Origin: Octopus sinensis
Lineage: Eukaryota
Assembly: GCF_006345805.1 (NCBI RefSeq)
Contig: NW_021836621.1
Location: forward strand, 1-23,345
DNA length: 23,345 bases
Reading direction: 5' to 3'
Shown: in pieces, positions 7,460 to 18,137 of the stretch
How positions within the stretch are numbered: the first letter of the stretch is position 1
Layout of the letters: each line of letters opens with the position of its first letter
The notes under the pieces: generated by a model
Databases searched by the model: none
Told to the model about the DNA's origin: nothing
What the model saw: the letters and a program-made list of their open reading frames with translations, nothing else
Made by a program: the position numbers and the translations under genes

Positions 7460-8447
7460 CAGTGGGGTGTGGAAATAAATATTTGCAGAGAAACACCCCC
7501 ACACCATGATGTTGCCACCTCCAAACTTTACGGTAGGAATTGTGTTTTTCGGCGAATAGGTGGTACTATCTTTCCTCCGAACATGGCTACGCGAATTTCG
7601 TCCAAACAATTCAATTTTCGACTCATCTGTCCATAGAACATTTTCCCAGAATGTATCAGATTTATCTTTATGTTCATAAACAAATTTTAAACGGGCATCT
7701 CTATGCCTTTTAGTCAACAGTGGATTTTTTCTAGGAGAGCATGATTTCAGTTCATTCCTATGAAGTTCATTGCTGATTGTTCTTAGTGTAACACTAGTCT
7801 CTGAAGCTAACAAGTCTTCTTGCAACTCCTTTCTGGTGATCATTGAGTTTTTTCCAATTCTTCACTTCATTTTTCTTAAAGATCTATGGGAAATCTTGCA
7901 TGGTGCACCGGATCTTATTCTGTTTTCAACAGTTCCCGATTTTTTTATATTTGAATAAATGAAAATATGGTAGAAAGTGGAATACAAAGGGTCTCTGATA
8001 TTTTCCTGTAACTTTTACCTCTTTTCCACCGTTCAATAATTAAGTTTTTCACTGAATTTGTGAGTTCTTTACTTTTTGCCATTATTACGATACTACTTTA
8101 TATTGTCTCAATGTTGAATGAAGAAGCTAGTGTTTTCACACTTAGAAATGACAACTGATAAGATTATTGGAACAAACGAGAAAGTTCTAGTAAAAATAAA
8201 ATTATTTTAACCGTATTTTGTGGCATAGAAAATTATAAATTTATTTTGTACGAATACTTTTTTCACCCCTAAATATTTATAATTGTATATAAACTCCTTA
8301 GTTACTATAATTTATTAGTTTCTTTTGCATATTCTTAGTTTATGCAAGTGAATGCAAATATAGTATTGGTATATCCCATTTATGTTCATTAGAAATTAAA
8401 TAAATAAAGAATTATGACGTTTACGAATATTTATTTCCCCACCACTG
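7460..8447 (-). mobile_element. Tc1-family DNA transposon, internally deleted IR/DR-type derivative (988 bp)
   Basis: TA flanks at 7458-59 and 8448-49. Terminal inverted repeats CAGTGGGGTGTGGAAATAAATATT and CAGTGGTGGGGAAATAAATATT. Inner direct repeat at about 8249-8269. Transposase remnant from ATG 8081: GKSYRKISETL, RSGAP, VLWTDESKIELFG, TVKFGGGNIMVWGCFSA, then cut. Confidence 0.92.
7484..8081 (-). pseudogene. Tc1 transposase pseudogene (paired-like HTH and first D of DD34E; C-terminal half deleted)
   Basis: ORF 7397-7843 plus an upstream frameshifted, stop-containing N-terminus. It ends at the TIR after WGCFSA. Confidence 0.9.
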
Positions 8448-8460
8448 TATGTATATATTT

Positions 8461-8666
8461 GTTTGTCTGTGGTTGTCCACACCATTGCTTGACAACCGAT
8501 GTTGGTGTGTTTACATCCCTGTAACTTTGTGGTTCGGCAACAGTAACTGACAGAATGAGTACAAGGCTTACAATGAATAAGTCCTGGGGATGATATGCCT
8601 GACTGAAGGTGGTGCTCCAACATGGCCACTGTCAAGTGACTAAAACAAATAAAAGACTAAAAGAAT
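8461..8666 (+). mobile_element. SINE-like repeat, module 2
   Basis: GCTTGACAACCGATGTTGGTGTGTTTACATCCCTGTAACTT...GGTGCTCCAACATGGCC...GACTAAAACAAATAAAAGA. Related copies at 8885, 10131 and about 12272. Confidence 0.8.
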
Positions 8667-8671
8667 ATCCA

Positions 8672-8681
8672 TACACACACA

Positions 8682-8738
<57 letters not shown>

Positions 8739-8804
8739 TATGTAGTATTGACCTCTAGTGTAAAGGTCACGGCCATGCAGGATCACCACAGTATCATCAT
8801 ATTC

Positions 8805-8862
<58 letters not shown>
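8672..8862. repeat. (CA)n and (TCTA)n microsatellites
   Basis: Direct reading: (CA)n at 8672-8730 and (TCTA)n at about 8804-8862. Confidence 0.95.
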
Positions 8863-8884
8863 CATCTGTATAGATATATAAACA

Positions 8885-9306
8885 CTCTTTTATTCTTTTA
8901 CTTGTTTCAGCAATGGGACTGTGGTCATGCTGGAGCAATGCCTTCAAGGGCTTTAGCCGAACAAATCGACTCCAGGGCTTACTCTTTGAAAGCTTAGTAC
9001 ATATTCTGGCAGTCTTTTTTATTGAATGAAATTACAGGGATGTAAACACACCACCATCGGTTGTCAAGTTATGGCGAGGGTGGGAGTTAGGCAGACCGAC
9101 AGACAGGCACACCTACACGCACATGAATCTATATATATATATCTATATATATATATATTTATGTCTGATGGGCTCACTTCAGTTTCCATCTGACAAGGTC
9201 CACTTACAAGGCCCGAGGTCAAAATGGAAGAGAATTGCCCTAGGTGCCATGCAGTAGGACTGAACACAGAACCCTGTGGTTGGAAAGCAAACTTCTTACC
9301 ACACAG
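8885..9306 (-). mobile_element. Bipartite SINE-like element (module 2 at 8885-9080, TA linker, module 1 at 9167-9306)
   Basis: Reverse-complement similarity to 8461-8666 and 7301-7450, in the same order. Confidence 0.78.
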
Positions 9307-9345
9307 GAACAGCTGTACCTATACATTTGTGGAGCACACAAACAC

Positions 9346-9394
<49 letters not shown>

Positions 9395-9396
<2 letters not shown>

Positions 9397-9484
9397 TATA
9401 ATGTGTTTATTATGATAGTTTGACTTTAATAGTCCCTTGTAGTGTGAAGCATTTATGTATGGTAAAGCCCTGATATATAAACAC

Positions 9485-9531
<47 letters not shown>

Positions 9532-9709
9532 AATGTATGTTGTATTGTTAGAATGGTGGGTATATATATATATATATATACATATAATGTTATTATTATT
9601 GTAGTTTGACTTTAATAATCCCTCGTAGTGTGAAGCATTTATGTATGGTAATGCCCTGATATATAAACAATATATATGTAAATGTATGTTGTATAGTTAG
9701 AATGATGGG
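9395..9709. repeat. Direct tandem duplication (9395-9560 and 9581-9709)
   Basis: Both units share CATATAATG..TAGTTTGACTTTAATA..GTAGTGTGAAGCATTTATGTATGGTAA.GCCCTGATATATAAACA..GTAAATGTATGTTGTAT.GTTAGAATG.TGGG. Confidence 0.92.
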
Positions 9710-9928
9710 TATATATATATATATATCAGCAGTTATTAGTTTACTTCACTCGTCTTTCGTCCATATCAAGTTTTACCTTTTTTTTTCACGTCCAAATTAA
9801 TTATAATTCCTAATTATGACTTAATTGTGACATATCTCATATCACTTAAAATTATTTAATTTTTAAAAATGCTGACAATGTCTGTTTTATTGCAAATAAA
9901 TTATTTAGACAGATTTTTTAGGCTCGGA

Positions 9929-9976
9929 TTTCCCGCCTTTTATTTTACTTGATTCAAATTGTTGTTGCTAGGCAAC
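9929..9976. promoter_or_regulatory. E2F-like site (TTTCCCGC, 9929-9936) and palindromic RFX X-box (GTTGCTAGGCAAC, 9964-9976)
   Basis: Motif matches in a short, non-repetitive-looking, higher-GC stretch. No functional data. Confidence 0.35.
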
Positions 9977-10130
9977 GGACAGACACACTAGAACGGGAAA
10001 ATGCTGAGACTCCAGACTGGGCAGTTTGTGTGATGCCAGACCAGAAATATCCTCAGATGTCCTTAAGCAGGTGGATTTCATTCCTCCCGTTGCCATTTCT
10101 CTATGTGGATCATAAGGTATTCTTTTTTTT

Positions 10131-10443
10131 TTCTTTTACCTGTTTCAGTCAGTTGACTGCGGCCATGCTGGAGCACAACCTCTAGACGAACACACTGACC
10201 TCGGATTTAATCCTAATACTTATTGTATCGGTGACTTTTGCCGAATCGCTAAGTTATGGGAGCATAAACACACTAACATCCATTGTCAAGCGATGTTCGG
10301 GGCCAAACGCAAACATACACACACACATATATATACAACGCGCTTCTTTCAGTTTCCATCTACCAAATCCACTCGGAAGGCTTTGGTCGGCCCCAGGCTA
10401 TAGTAGAAAACACTTACCCAAGGTGCCACGCAGTGGGACTGAA
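10131..10443 (-). mobile_element. Bipartite SINE-like element (module 2 at 10131-10305, CA/TA linker, truncated module 1 at 10342-10443)
   Basis: Same modules and order as 8885-9306. Confidence 0.78.
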
Positions 10444-10986
10444 TGTTTATGTGTGTGCAAGAAGGCTGTGTATAATAATGTATAATTATATGTATATGTC
10501 TGCAGGTGTATATATATATCTGAGTTTATATATAAATATGCATGCATATATAATATTCTACTTTCCTGTGTATATAATTTTGTGTTATATATTTATGTCT
10601 ATATAATGTATCGTCAATCCTATACAATAGAGTCGGAAATTATCCAATGCATTAAATATTCTAATATCTTGTGACATTTCTTTTTTAAACTTAATCATAT
10701 AGAATGTATAATTCATATACAAACATATATATATATATATATATACAAACACATTTCTACACAATTTTATATACATTCACTTTTATAAATATTTCGGCAT
10801 AAGAACAGAATTATGTCCCACTGACTTTGGGGTATAACTACAGATGTATACCCCATCGACTTTGTTTCCTCATAACTTCCAGGAAAATGGATACTTTTAA
10901 CAACACTTCCATGACATTTTTCCCCCTTCACAGCTTTCATGAAAATGGGTATTTTCAATGAAATTTTATAGAAATACCTTTCAAAT

Positions 10987-11070
10987 CAGGGGTTCTCAAC
11001 CATTTCTTTATCTATGGACCCCTTTAACTACTATTTTACTCAGACGGACCCCATTGAATCCATACAATGT
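10987..11070 (+). mobile_element. Possible hAT (Charlie-like) terminus
   Basis: CAGGGGTTCTCAACC followed by GGACCCC repeats. No matching opposite end was found. Confidence 0.35.
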
Positions 11071-11841
11071 TTAAAACTAATGGTGACCCCGAGGTGATAA
11101 TTGTAACGGTCTGATATTGAATTTGCAAACAATATTATGATATTTTGGAGTCATACATATTTAATATTTATAAATATTTAACGGAAAGTTGTAAAATGTG
11201 TAAGATGAACAATGCATGAAGTTTTAAGAAAGTATTTATTTACAGTTATGTTACAATACCTTGCCTCGAAGGGCAGGTTTTGGTACATCCAAAGGCATGC
11301 GAAAGTTACATGCGGTAGAATGTTTGAGTTTGGGTTCTCTTCATTGTTTAGTAGTCATTGTGGAGACAGATAGAATGATGTTGTAAGAGAACAGAATTCG
11401 AGTTAGTGAGAGAGAGAGAGAGAGAGTGTGGGATGTTGTCTGAAGTTGCTTTCTCCCTCTGAGCAAGGTTGGTCAGCCAGACCTCGTTGAGTCGTCAGCG
11501 ATTGGTGACTAACTGATTTTTGCTTGGGATGTTCTTGCTTTTATAACTATCCAGAGGATAGATATATCATTGAGAACAATAGATTTAGTTTGTGGTCTTG
11601 TTATCTATTCTAGCTTTTGGTGAAGTAGAAGAGGTTAGAAAGGGTCAAGTGTTGAAGACATTATTTCGGCCTAGCTAAAGGCATCTGGAAAATGTAAAAA
11701 CTGCTGTAGGAGAAAAACCATTGTTCCACCGTGGGAAAAGTTCTGTAGCAGCATTAATTTAATTTTGGCTATGGTGGATCGAATCCACTTCATACATGCA
11801 AGATTCACTACATACATACATACATACATACATACATACAA

Positions 11842-11929
<88 letters not shown>

Positions 11930-12566
11930 ATATATTAAAAAATAAAACATATGCATATATATATACATATATGTACGCACCTACCTCTACATGTATATAT
12001 ACATGCATATATGAGTACAGGACACCGAAAAAACGTCAAACAAAATGAGAAACGAAAACATAGACACAAACCAAAGGAACTGGACATTTTTCTTAAACAA
12101 CAAAAAAAATAGAGTACAGGACAAATAACACAAGGAAAAAAACCCCTTTTTCAGTCGCCATGGTTTCATCTACACTACGTTTTGAAGATACAGACACACA
12201 CACATATACGCACACGTGTATATACACATTTTACTGAAACTGCAAAATTATCCCAGAACTCTAACACAGTCTTTTTTTACTTGTTTCAGTGAATTGAATG
12301 TGGCCATGCTAGAGCACCTCATTATATATATTGTAAAGGGAGTTCATATTTATGTTTATAGCCTTATTTCTATACATACATTCCTAAATATGTGCATATA
12401 TATATAAACACATGTACATATACTATATATAAATATACACACACACACACAAATAGAGTGTGTTGAGGAATGTTACAACACTAATTGTTAGTGTGTAGAA
12501 TGCAATGTATGCAATGCAGGTTCGATTCCAGGCGAAGCCATTTACAATAATAATAATAATAAAATA

Positions 12567-12713
12567 AAGAAGAAGAAGAAGAAGACGAAGGAGGAGGAGG
12601 AGGAAGCGGAAGAAGAAGAAGAAGAAGAAGAAGAAGAAGAAGAAGAAGAAGGAGAGGAGGAAGCGGAAGAAGAAGAAGAAGAAGAAGAAGAAGAAGAGAG
12701 AAGAAGAAGAAGA
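12567..12713 (+). repeat. (GAA)n/(GGA)n polypurine tract
   Basis: About 147 bp, almost pure purine, with two copies of GAGGAGGAAGCGGAAGAAG. It begins about 27 nt past the copy B stop. Confidence 0.95.
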
Positions 12714-12739
12714 TTGAATTTTAATATTTCTGGAAATAT

Positions 12740-15700
12740 TTATTTGTCAAAATAAAAGAAAGCAAAAGATTGACGTCCAGGAATAATTCCAAAAACCATC
12801 AAAGAATTGTCTGAAACATCCAAACCAAGAACTTCAAAGACTTCATTATCATCCTCTCTGAGGAGTAAATATTTTGGATTATATTCATAAATCAGGATTT
12901 CATTATTTTCAGTTATTTCCTCTTCAATATGTTGAGGTATTTCATAAATATTGTTTCTTCTATCTGTTATATAAACACATTCACCAATTATGGTTAAATG
13001 ACGTCTTGGAATATAATATTGCAGATTAGAAGTTATAGTGGCTTTTGTTCCTATCCTCCTCACCAAAGACTTTTCCTGAACCATTCCACAACACAAAAAA
13101 TCTTCCACCATACAGGCTTGTCCTCTTCCTTCATCTCCCTCCTCACAACAACAACATCACCAAAAGATGTGACTCCCACACCATCCACCCCTTCATCTCC
13201 CGCAAACCTTCCTTTTCTCTTCATCTTCCCATGACACACTTCATCTTTACATTTCCCATCTTTGATATCAACCACATCCACATAATAAGGGTCAAAGATG
13301 TTGGGGTCTTTGCAATAATAGTAATCCTTGTTGTTCTCCCATATTCTTTGGTATTTCTTGTCTCTCTCTTCTTGAGTTATGTCTCTAATATAATGACCAC
13401 CACACACGAGTTGATTGTCGTTATTTATAAATTCTGTTGTAGTATTTCTCAGTTCTGATTGTTTTTAAATGACGGAGATCCCTGTCGAAGACCCTCATTT
13501 CTCTCCCAAGGCGACAATGAAACATTCCTCTGTCCACCGACATATGTCCAGTGGTGGTCGTTGTTGTTGTTCATGTTGAAGTATGTCCACTGTTGTTGTT
13601 GTTGTTGTTCTGATTAATGTGACACTTTCTCGAAATATCAACACACTCACATTCTCATCTAACTTAATTAGTTTACTGTTCCGGTCCCTAATGTCCCTCA
13701 AATCATAATCAACAGGTTCCTCGAATGCAGGAATGGAAAAAGGGACCATTGCTGTCCTATATGGAAGTCTCCTCAGTGATATTTCATCAATTCCTGAATT
13801 ATTAATCTCCGCTATGTAATTACCACATCTCACCTTTAATCTACCTTTACCAATTATTTCACCTGATTTACCTCTTCTTCTTCCTCCTCCATCTCCATCT
13901 CCTCCTCTGTATTCCAATTTATTAATTGATTCATTACTGAATATTTCCTTGTTCGTTTCAGATGTAATGGAAGGGAAACGAAGACCAGAATCAAGATTTA
14001 ATGACGACACAGATTCCAGAATGTTCACTTGGTCCCCATCAATCTTTATGCAATGACATTCAATCAATTCATTATGTACACACCAGTAAATACCCGCCAC
14101 TTTTCTCCATATTACACCATAAGGGATGAGACTCGGCCAAACTTGAGATGTCTGCAAATCTTCTCCATTCAGTTGAAATATTTCTTTCCTTTTCGGAACC
14201 GTGGCCATTATGTGTGATTCTTGTGTAAAACACACACCACCAACTAAACTTGCAACATTTCTGTGACATAGCAACTGGCCGTCTTCATTGAATATTTTAA
14301 CATTTCCATTATTGGCTTTTTCACACACAACTGTCTTTCCTTCCTCAGAGACATCGAAATCTTTTACTTGAACAGGAAATTTGTCTGTTTGTAAACGAGC
14401 AACCGGGAAGCTGTCTCGATTCACCATAAACAACCCTTCAACATACAATTCATTCTCTCTCCATCCCGCTGTGGGGCTTCCAACAAATCTTGGTCCTTTA
14501 CAGTCTATACTGCAGAATTCTACTTCATCTTTATAAATTCTTTTATTTAAAAATATTCCCTTGTATTCCCCCTTGTGGGTCAAACACAAAGTGTTTTTAT
14601 AGCTAAATGAATGCAAATATTTCTTCCACTCACCATAAATGTACAAAAAACTGTCATCAGTTGTCATCTTGTTATCAACAAAATAATCAAAATCGATGTA
14701 GTGTCTGATTGGATGTAAATATTGACCATCACTGTTGAAGAAAATGATGAATCTTTCGTTTAAGACAATGATGACATCTTCATCAGTAACTTTAATATGC
14801 TTGATTTCATCAGAATAATTTCCATCTTCTCTTCTCAATATTAATGGTTCAGGTATCTTTATTTGTTTTATTTCCTTCACACTCGAATGTATTTCATCAA
14901 TATCAACAAAATACAAATGACATGCATCTCCCAAATTACTACAAACCAGTTGATTATTTGATAAAGAAGCCACACAATGATATTTTCTTCTTGTTTGGTA
15001 AATTACCAACGACAATGGAAATTCCACTTTTAATGTCAACAGTTCGGATTCAGCATAAAAACAATCCAAATTTATAATGACCAGTGTGTTTGACTGCCAT
15101 CGACACATTTTAATATGTTCATAAACATTCACTTTGATTGAATCCAGAAGGTGACCATCAAATGTGAATATCTTAATGTTTCCATTCTCCATGTCCCATC
15201 CTGCAATCAAGTTATTTTCAGTAATTAACATATGATTAATTACCACTGGTTCTTTGTCTCCCAAATGTTTAGGGAGAGGAATATGTCTGGCTTTATCAGA
15301 AACTGTCAGGTCCTGTAGATATAAAGTGGAAGACAACATTTCACTGAGAGAAATGTTTCTGGGAAATACATCCACCAGGTCGATGTAATAATTAAGTTGA
15401 TTATTAGTAACGAGATCATTAACCACCAAATTATGATCAGTTATAGCAAACATACGGCTTCTGTCTATCAGATAAACAGACGTTTGGTCAATAGATCCAC
15501 CTTGCAGACTGAGGGGATGTTTCACTTGGGACATTAAAACACTGGGGACCATCTGACGACCACCATGACCACCACCACCTATTCTAGTGTTGTACTGAAA
15601 AGCTTTTCCCCTAGTAACAATTAATAGCTTTTCTGTTTTCTTGTCTATTGATAATGATTTCACAAAAACAGGGATATTAATTGTCTTAATTACTGCAACT

Positions 15701-18137
15701 TGATTATAATAATTGATGGCCAAAATGTCTAAATGTGATGGTTTATCACAATAACAAACAATTTCACCTTCACCCATCTTACACACCCGTACATAAGGCT
15801 GCCTTAATGATACACTTCTCAGTGCCTTTGATAGGTTTCCGATGACCCTTAATTGTTTCTGTAGGGGTAATGTGACCCCTATATGATTAGAATCCCATCG
15901 ACATATATCTGTGGCTGTAGACGGCAGAGATAATCTGGACACAATTTCTCCTTCATTAGATATGTATAACAAGCAATCATGGTTGATGTCAGACACCACC
16001 AACTGTCCATTGGACAGATTACATATTTCGCCAATGACAAGTTTTTGGTCTTTCTCCTTTTCTTTGAGTCGTAGATTTAGATTTCTGATGTAAGGATTTT
16101 TCGTGTGTAAACAACAGCCAGACGACTGGTCATGATTCTTGTAAAGAAGAACCCTGTTGAGTTGAGTGTCCGGGACATAAAGAGTTCCTTGGAAAACAGC
16201 AATGTGAGGGTGAACAGGGAAAGGCAGTTCCCACTGCCATTTCATTTCTCCATATAGATCGTAACATCTGAGAATAGAGTGTCTCCTGAAGAGGACATAG
16301 AAATAAACATTATCAGAGTAGATGTGATGAGGGTAGCCATAGAATGGAAGGTATTTTTGAAAAAGTTCTTCACCACATGTGGAATAAAATACCATTTTAT
16401 TTTCGTTTCCATCTACGACTACAAAATTAATTGGAGTTGCAGCAATGCTGACATTATGATGTCTCAGAGATATTCTTTCTGCAATGTCAACTTTATCTTC
16501 ATTGATCAAGAGGATATGGACCTCGCTTTTGTTTTCAGTGGTGGTCACAGCTAAACACTTATTTGATACAATATGACATATTTTCATGTAACCAGTTTTC
16601 ACCTTTATTAAAGGGCCTTTTCTTAGTTCAGGACAGGTGATATACTGAAACCCTTTCATTTCACAATAAAAGACCAGGAATCTGTTTGCATTTATTCTAC
16701 AAAGTGCAGAAGGTGAAGAATTAAAAGTTATATAATTTTGGCTATTTTTTCCCTCAATATCAGAGAGTAATATAGCTTTCTTATTCCCGTAGAGTATTAA
16801 TATGAAAGATGTTGACATAGAAGAATATTTTTGACATTATAGAAATCCTCAATATATATATGGTTGATCAGACTGGGTGTACATAGCTGGTTGCTGTAAG
16901 ACGACTTGAACCAAAAATCTTTAGTTGTCCCTATATTATGCAGAACCCCAAAATAATCAGTCAAGAAAATAGTATCTGAGCAAACGCAAAAATACCGACA
17001 TTTCATTCCAATTTCCCTCTTTGACACACCACCCTTACCTGAAATCCGATAAATAATATGTCCCTGGAGGACATAAAAATGGTTTTGGTACACAGTGATG
17101 CTGGTTGGGAGATCCAGAGAATGGGTCTCTACCTCAAATATCTGCTGGCCATCCACATCATAACAGGTAACTCTGTTAATATTAGCAAATGCTATTAACA
17201 GGTTACCTTGTGGACCAACAGCAATATCTGCAGGTATCTCTTTGCCAATAAATGAGTGATAATTCTATTATCTTCCCAATCAATGAGGATATGGTTTTAC
17301 CAAACAGTTCTACACCTATAAGCGTAGAATGTTCCAAATAAGAAACCAAGATTAATCCTAGCTGAATTCTTTTGATTTTAAAACTTAAAGGGTTGATAAT
17401 AAGAATCATTTTTTTGAAGGGGAGGGTGGCCAGGACTGTATCTTCACTGATTCTGGTAAAATCAGTAACAGAAGATGAGCAACGAACATCGTTTCTGTTG
17501 CCGTCTCTTGTTACACAACATATTGTCATGCAGGGGTGGGAATATGTTACAATTCCCCCTTGTATGACAACAATATTGGATATGGGGTTGCTTAAGTCTT
17601 CACCAGATTCTTCAATCTTTGCTTCTCTAGTCACAACTGGCTGAAGAGGCCGAAATTTTGTGGTTACTTTTGGTGGTTCAATGGTCTTGTGGTTGTATGG
17701 GTTACAGGTGACATAATGTCAAAGAGTCTTTGTTGAAACCAATCAAGGTTTTGGTGAACAAAATCATAATTTTGTTTTGCAAATTCCAGAAATCTTGGCA
17801 TTTTACGTTTGACATTACGTAAAATTCGAGATCCATTAAAACCAGAGAGTTCATGTGATTACATTTATTTTTTACATAATCTATAAACGTTTTGATGTGG
17901 TCTGTTTTGATTAGTGTTCGGTAACATGTCACAATATGAAGGAAACTTGGTAACATGGACTTTTCCTGTTCTCAGATTTCTTTGTGTCTTTTCTTTCCTG
18001 TTCTTCTGTTTTCTTTGTGTTTTGTGTATGTAAATTTGGGGAAGAATTGGTGTAGTTTCCTTATGAATTGGCGTTGTATCACAGACTGTGGCAGGATTGA
18101 GAGCCAACATTTTTTTTTCTTCATTAATCTTCTCCAT
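12740..18137 (-). pseudogene. Copy B: full-length multi-NHL-like propeller gene (about 1801 aa if ten frameshifts are repaired); pseudogene or assembly-damaged gene
   Basis: ORFs 17865-18137, 17702-17956, 17203-17634, 16797-17156 and 13495-16818 are colinear with copy A. ORFs 13060-13407 and 12740-13111 continue the propeller-like sequence. Frame bookkeeping fits nine -1 shifts and one +1 (or -2) shift. Confidence 0.8.
13495..16818 (-). CDS. Longest intact segment of copy B (1107 aa), NHL-like propellers
   Basis: About 91 differences in about 1025 aligned residues versus copy A (manual count). Confidence 0.85.
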   Translation of the reverse strand: MSTSFILILYGNKKAILLSDIEGKNSQNYITFNSSPSALCRINANRFLVFYCEMKGFQYITCPELRKGPLIKVKTGYMKICHIVSNKCLAVTTTENKSEVHILLINEDKVDIAERISLRHHNVSIAATPINFVVVDGNENKMVFYSTCGEELFQKYLPFYGYPHHIYSDNVYFYVLFRRHSILRCYDLYGEMKWQWELPFPVHPHIAVFQGTLYVPDTQLNRVLLYKNHDQSSGCCLHTKNPYIRNLNLRLKEKEKDQKLVIGEICNLSNGQLVVSDINHDCLLYISNEGEIVSRLSLPSTATDICRWDSNHIGVTLPLQKQLRVIGNLSKALRSVSLRQPYVRVCKMGEGEIVCYCDKPSHLDILAINYYNQVAVIKTINIPVFVKSLSIDKKTEKLLIVTRGKAFQYNTRIGGGGHGGRQMVPSVLMSQVKHPLSLQGGSIDQTSVYLIDRSRMFAITDHNLVVNDLVTNNQLNYYIDLVDVFPRNISLSEMLSSTLYLQDLTVSDKARHIPLPKHLGDKEPVVINHMLITENNLIAGWDMENGNIKIFTFDGHLLDSIKVNVYEHIKMCRWQSNTLVIINLDCFYAESELLTLKVEFPLSLVIYQTRRKYHCVASLSNNQLVCSNLGDACHLYFVDIDEIHSSVKEIKQIKIPEPLILRREDGNYSDEIKHIKVTDEDVIIVLNERFIIFFNSDGQYLHPIRHYIDFDYFVDNKMTTDDSFLYIYGEWKKYLHSFSYKNTLCLTHKGEYKGIFLNKRIYKDEVEFCSIDCKGPRFVGSPTAGWRENELYVEGLFMVNRDSFPVARLQTDKFPVQVKDFDVSEEGKTVVCEKANNGNVKIFNEDGQLLCHRNVASLVGGVCFTQESHIMATVPKRKEIFQLNGEDLQTSQVWPSLIPYGVIWRKVAGIYWCVHNELIECHCIKIDGDQVNILESVSSLNLDSGLRFPSITSETNKEIFSNESINKLEYRGGDGDGGGRRRGKSGEIIGKGRLKVRCGNYIAEINNSGIDEISLRRLPYRTAMVPFSIPAFEEPVDYDLRDIRDRNSKLIKLDENVSVLIFRESVTLIRTTTTTTVDILQHEQQQRPPLDICRWTEECFIVALGEK

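Noticed and set aside
10987-11580. Complete hAT MITE ending at TTGAGAAC (about 11572)
   Set aside because: Only 8 nt match the left end and no 8-bp TSD is evident.
11990-12190. Minus-strand GAAACCATGGCGACTGAAAAAGGG as a permuted hammerhead
   Set aside because: The core lacks CUGANGA and U16.1. It is probably an interspersed repeat, but the family cannot be supported.
5165-12407. Short ORFs rich in YI, HT, SL or CV repeats (also 19703-22535)
   Set aside because: Translations of microsatellites and SINEs with no protein-like composition.
12515-12540. tRNA gene (GGTTCGATTCC)
   Set aside because: Isolated B-box with no cloverleaf; at most a SINE head relic.
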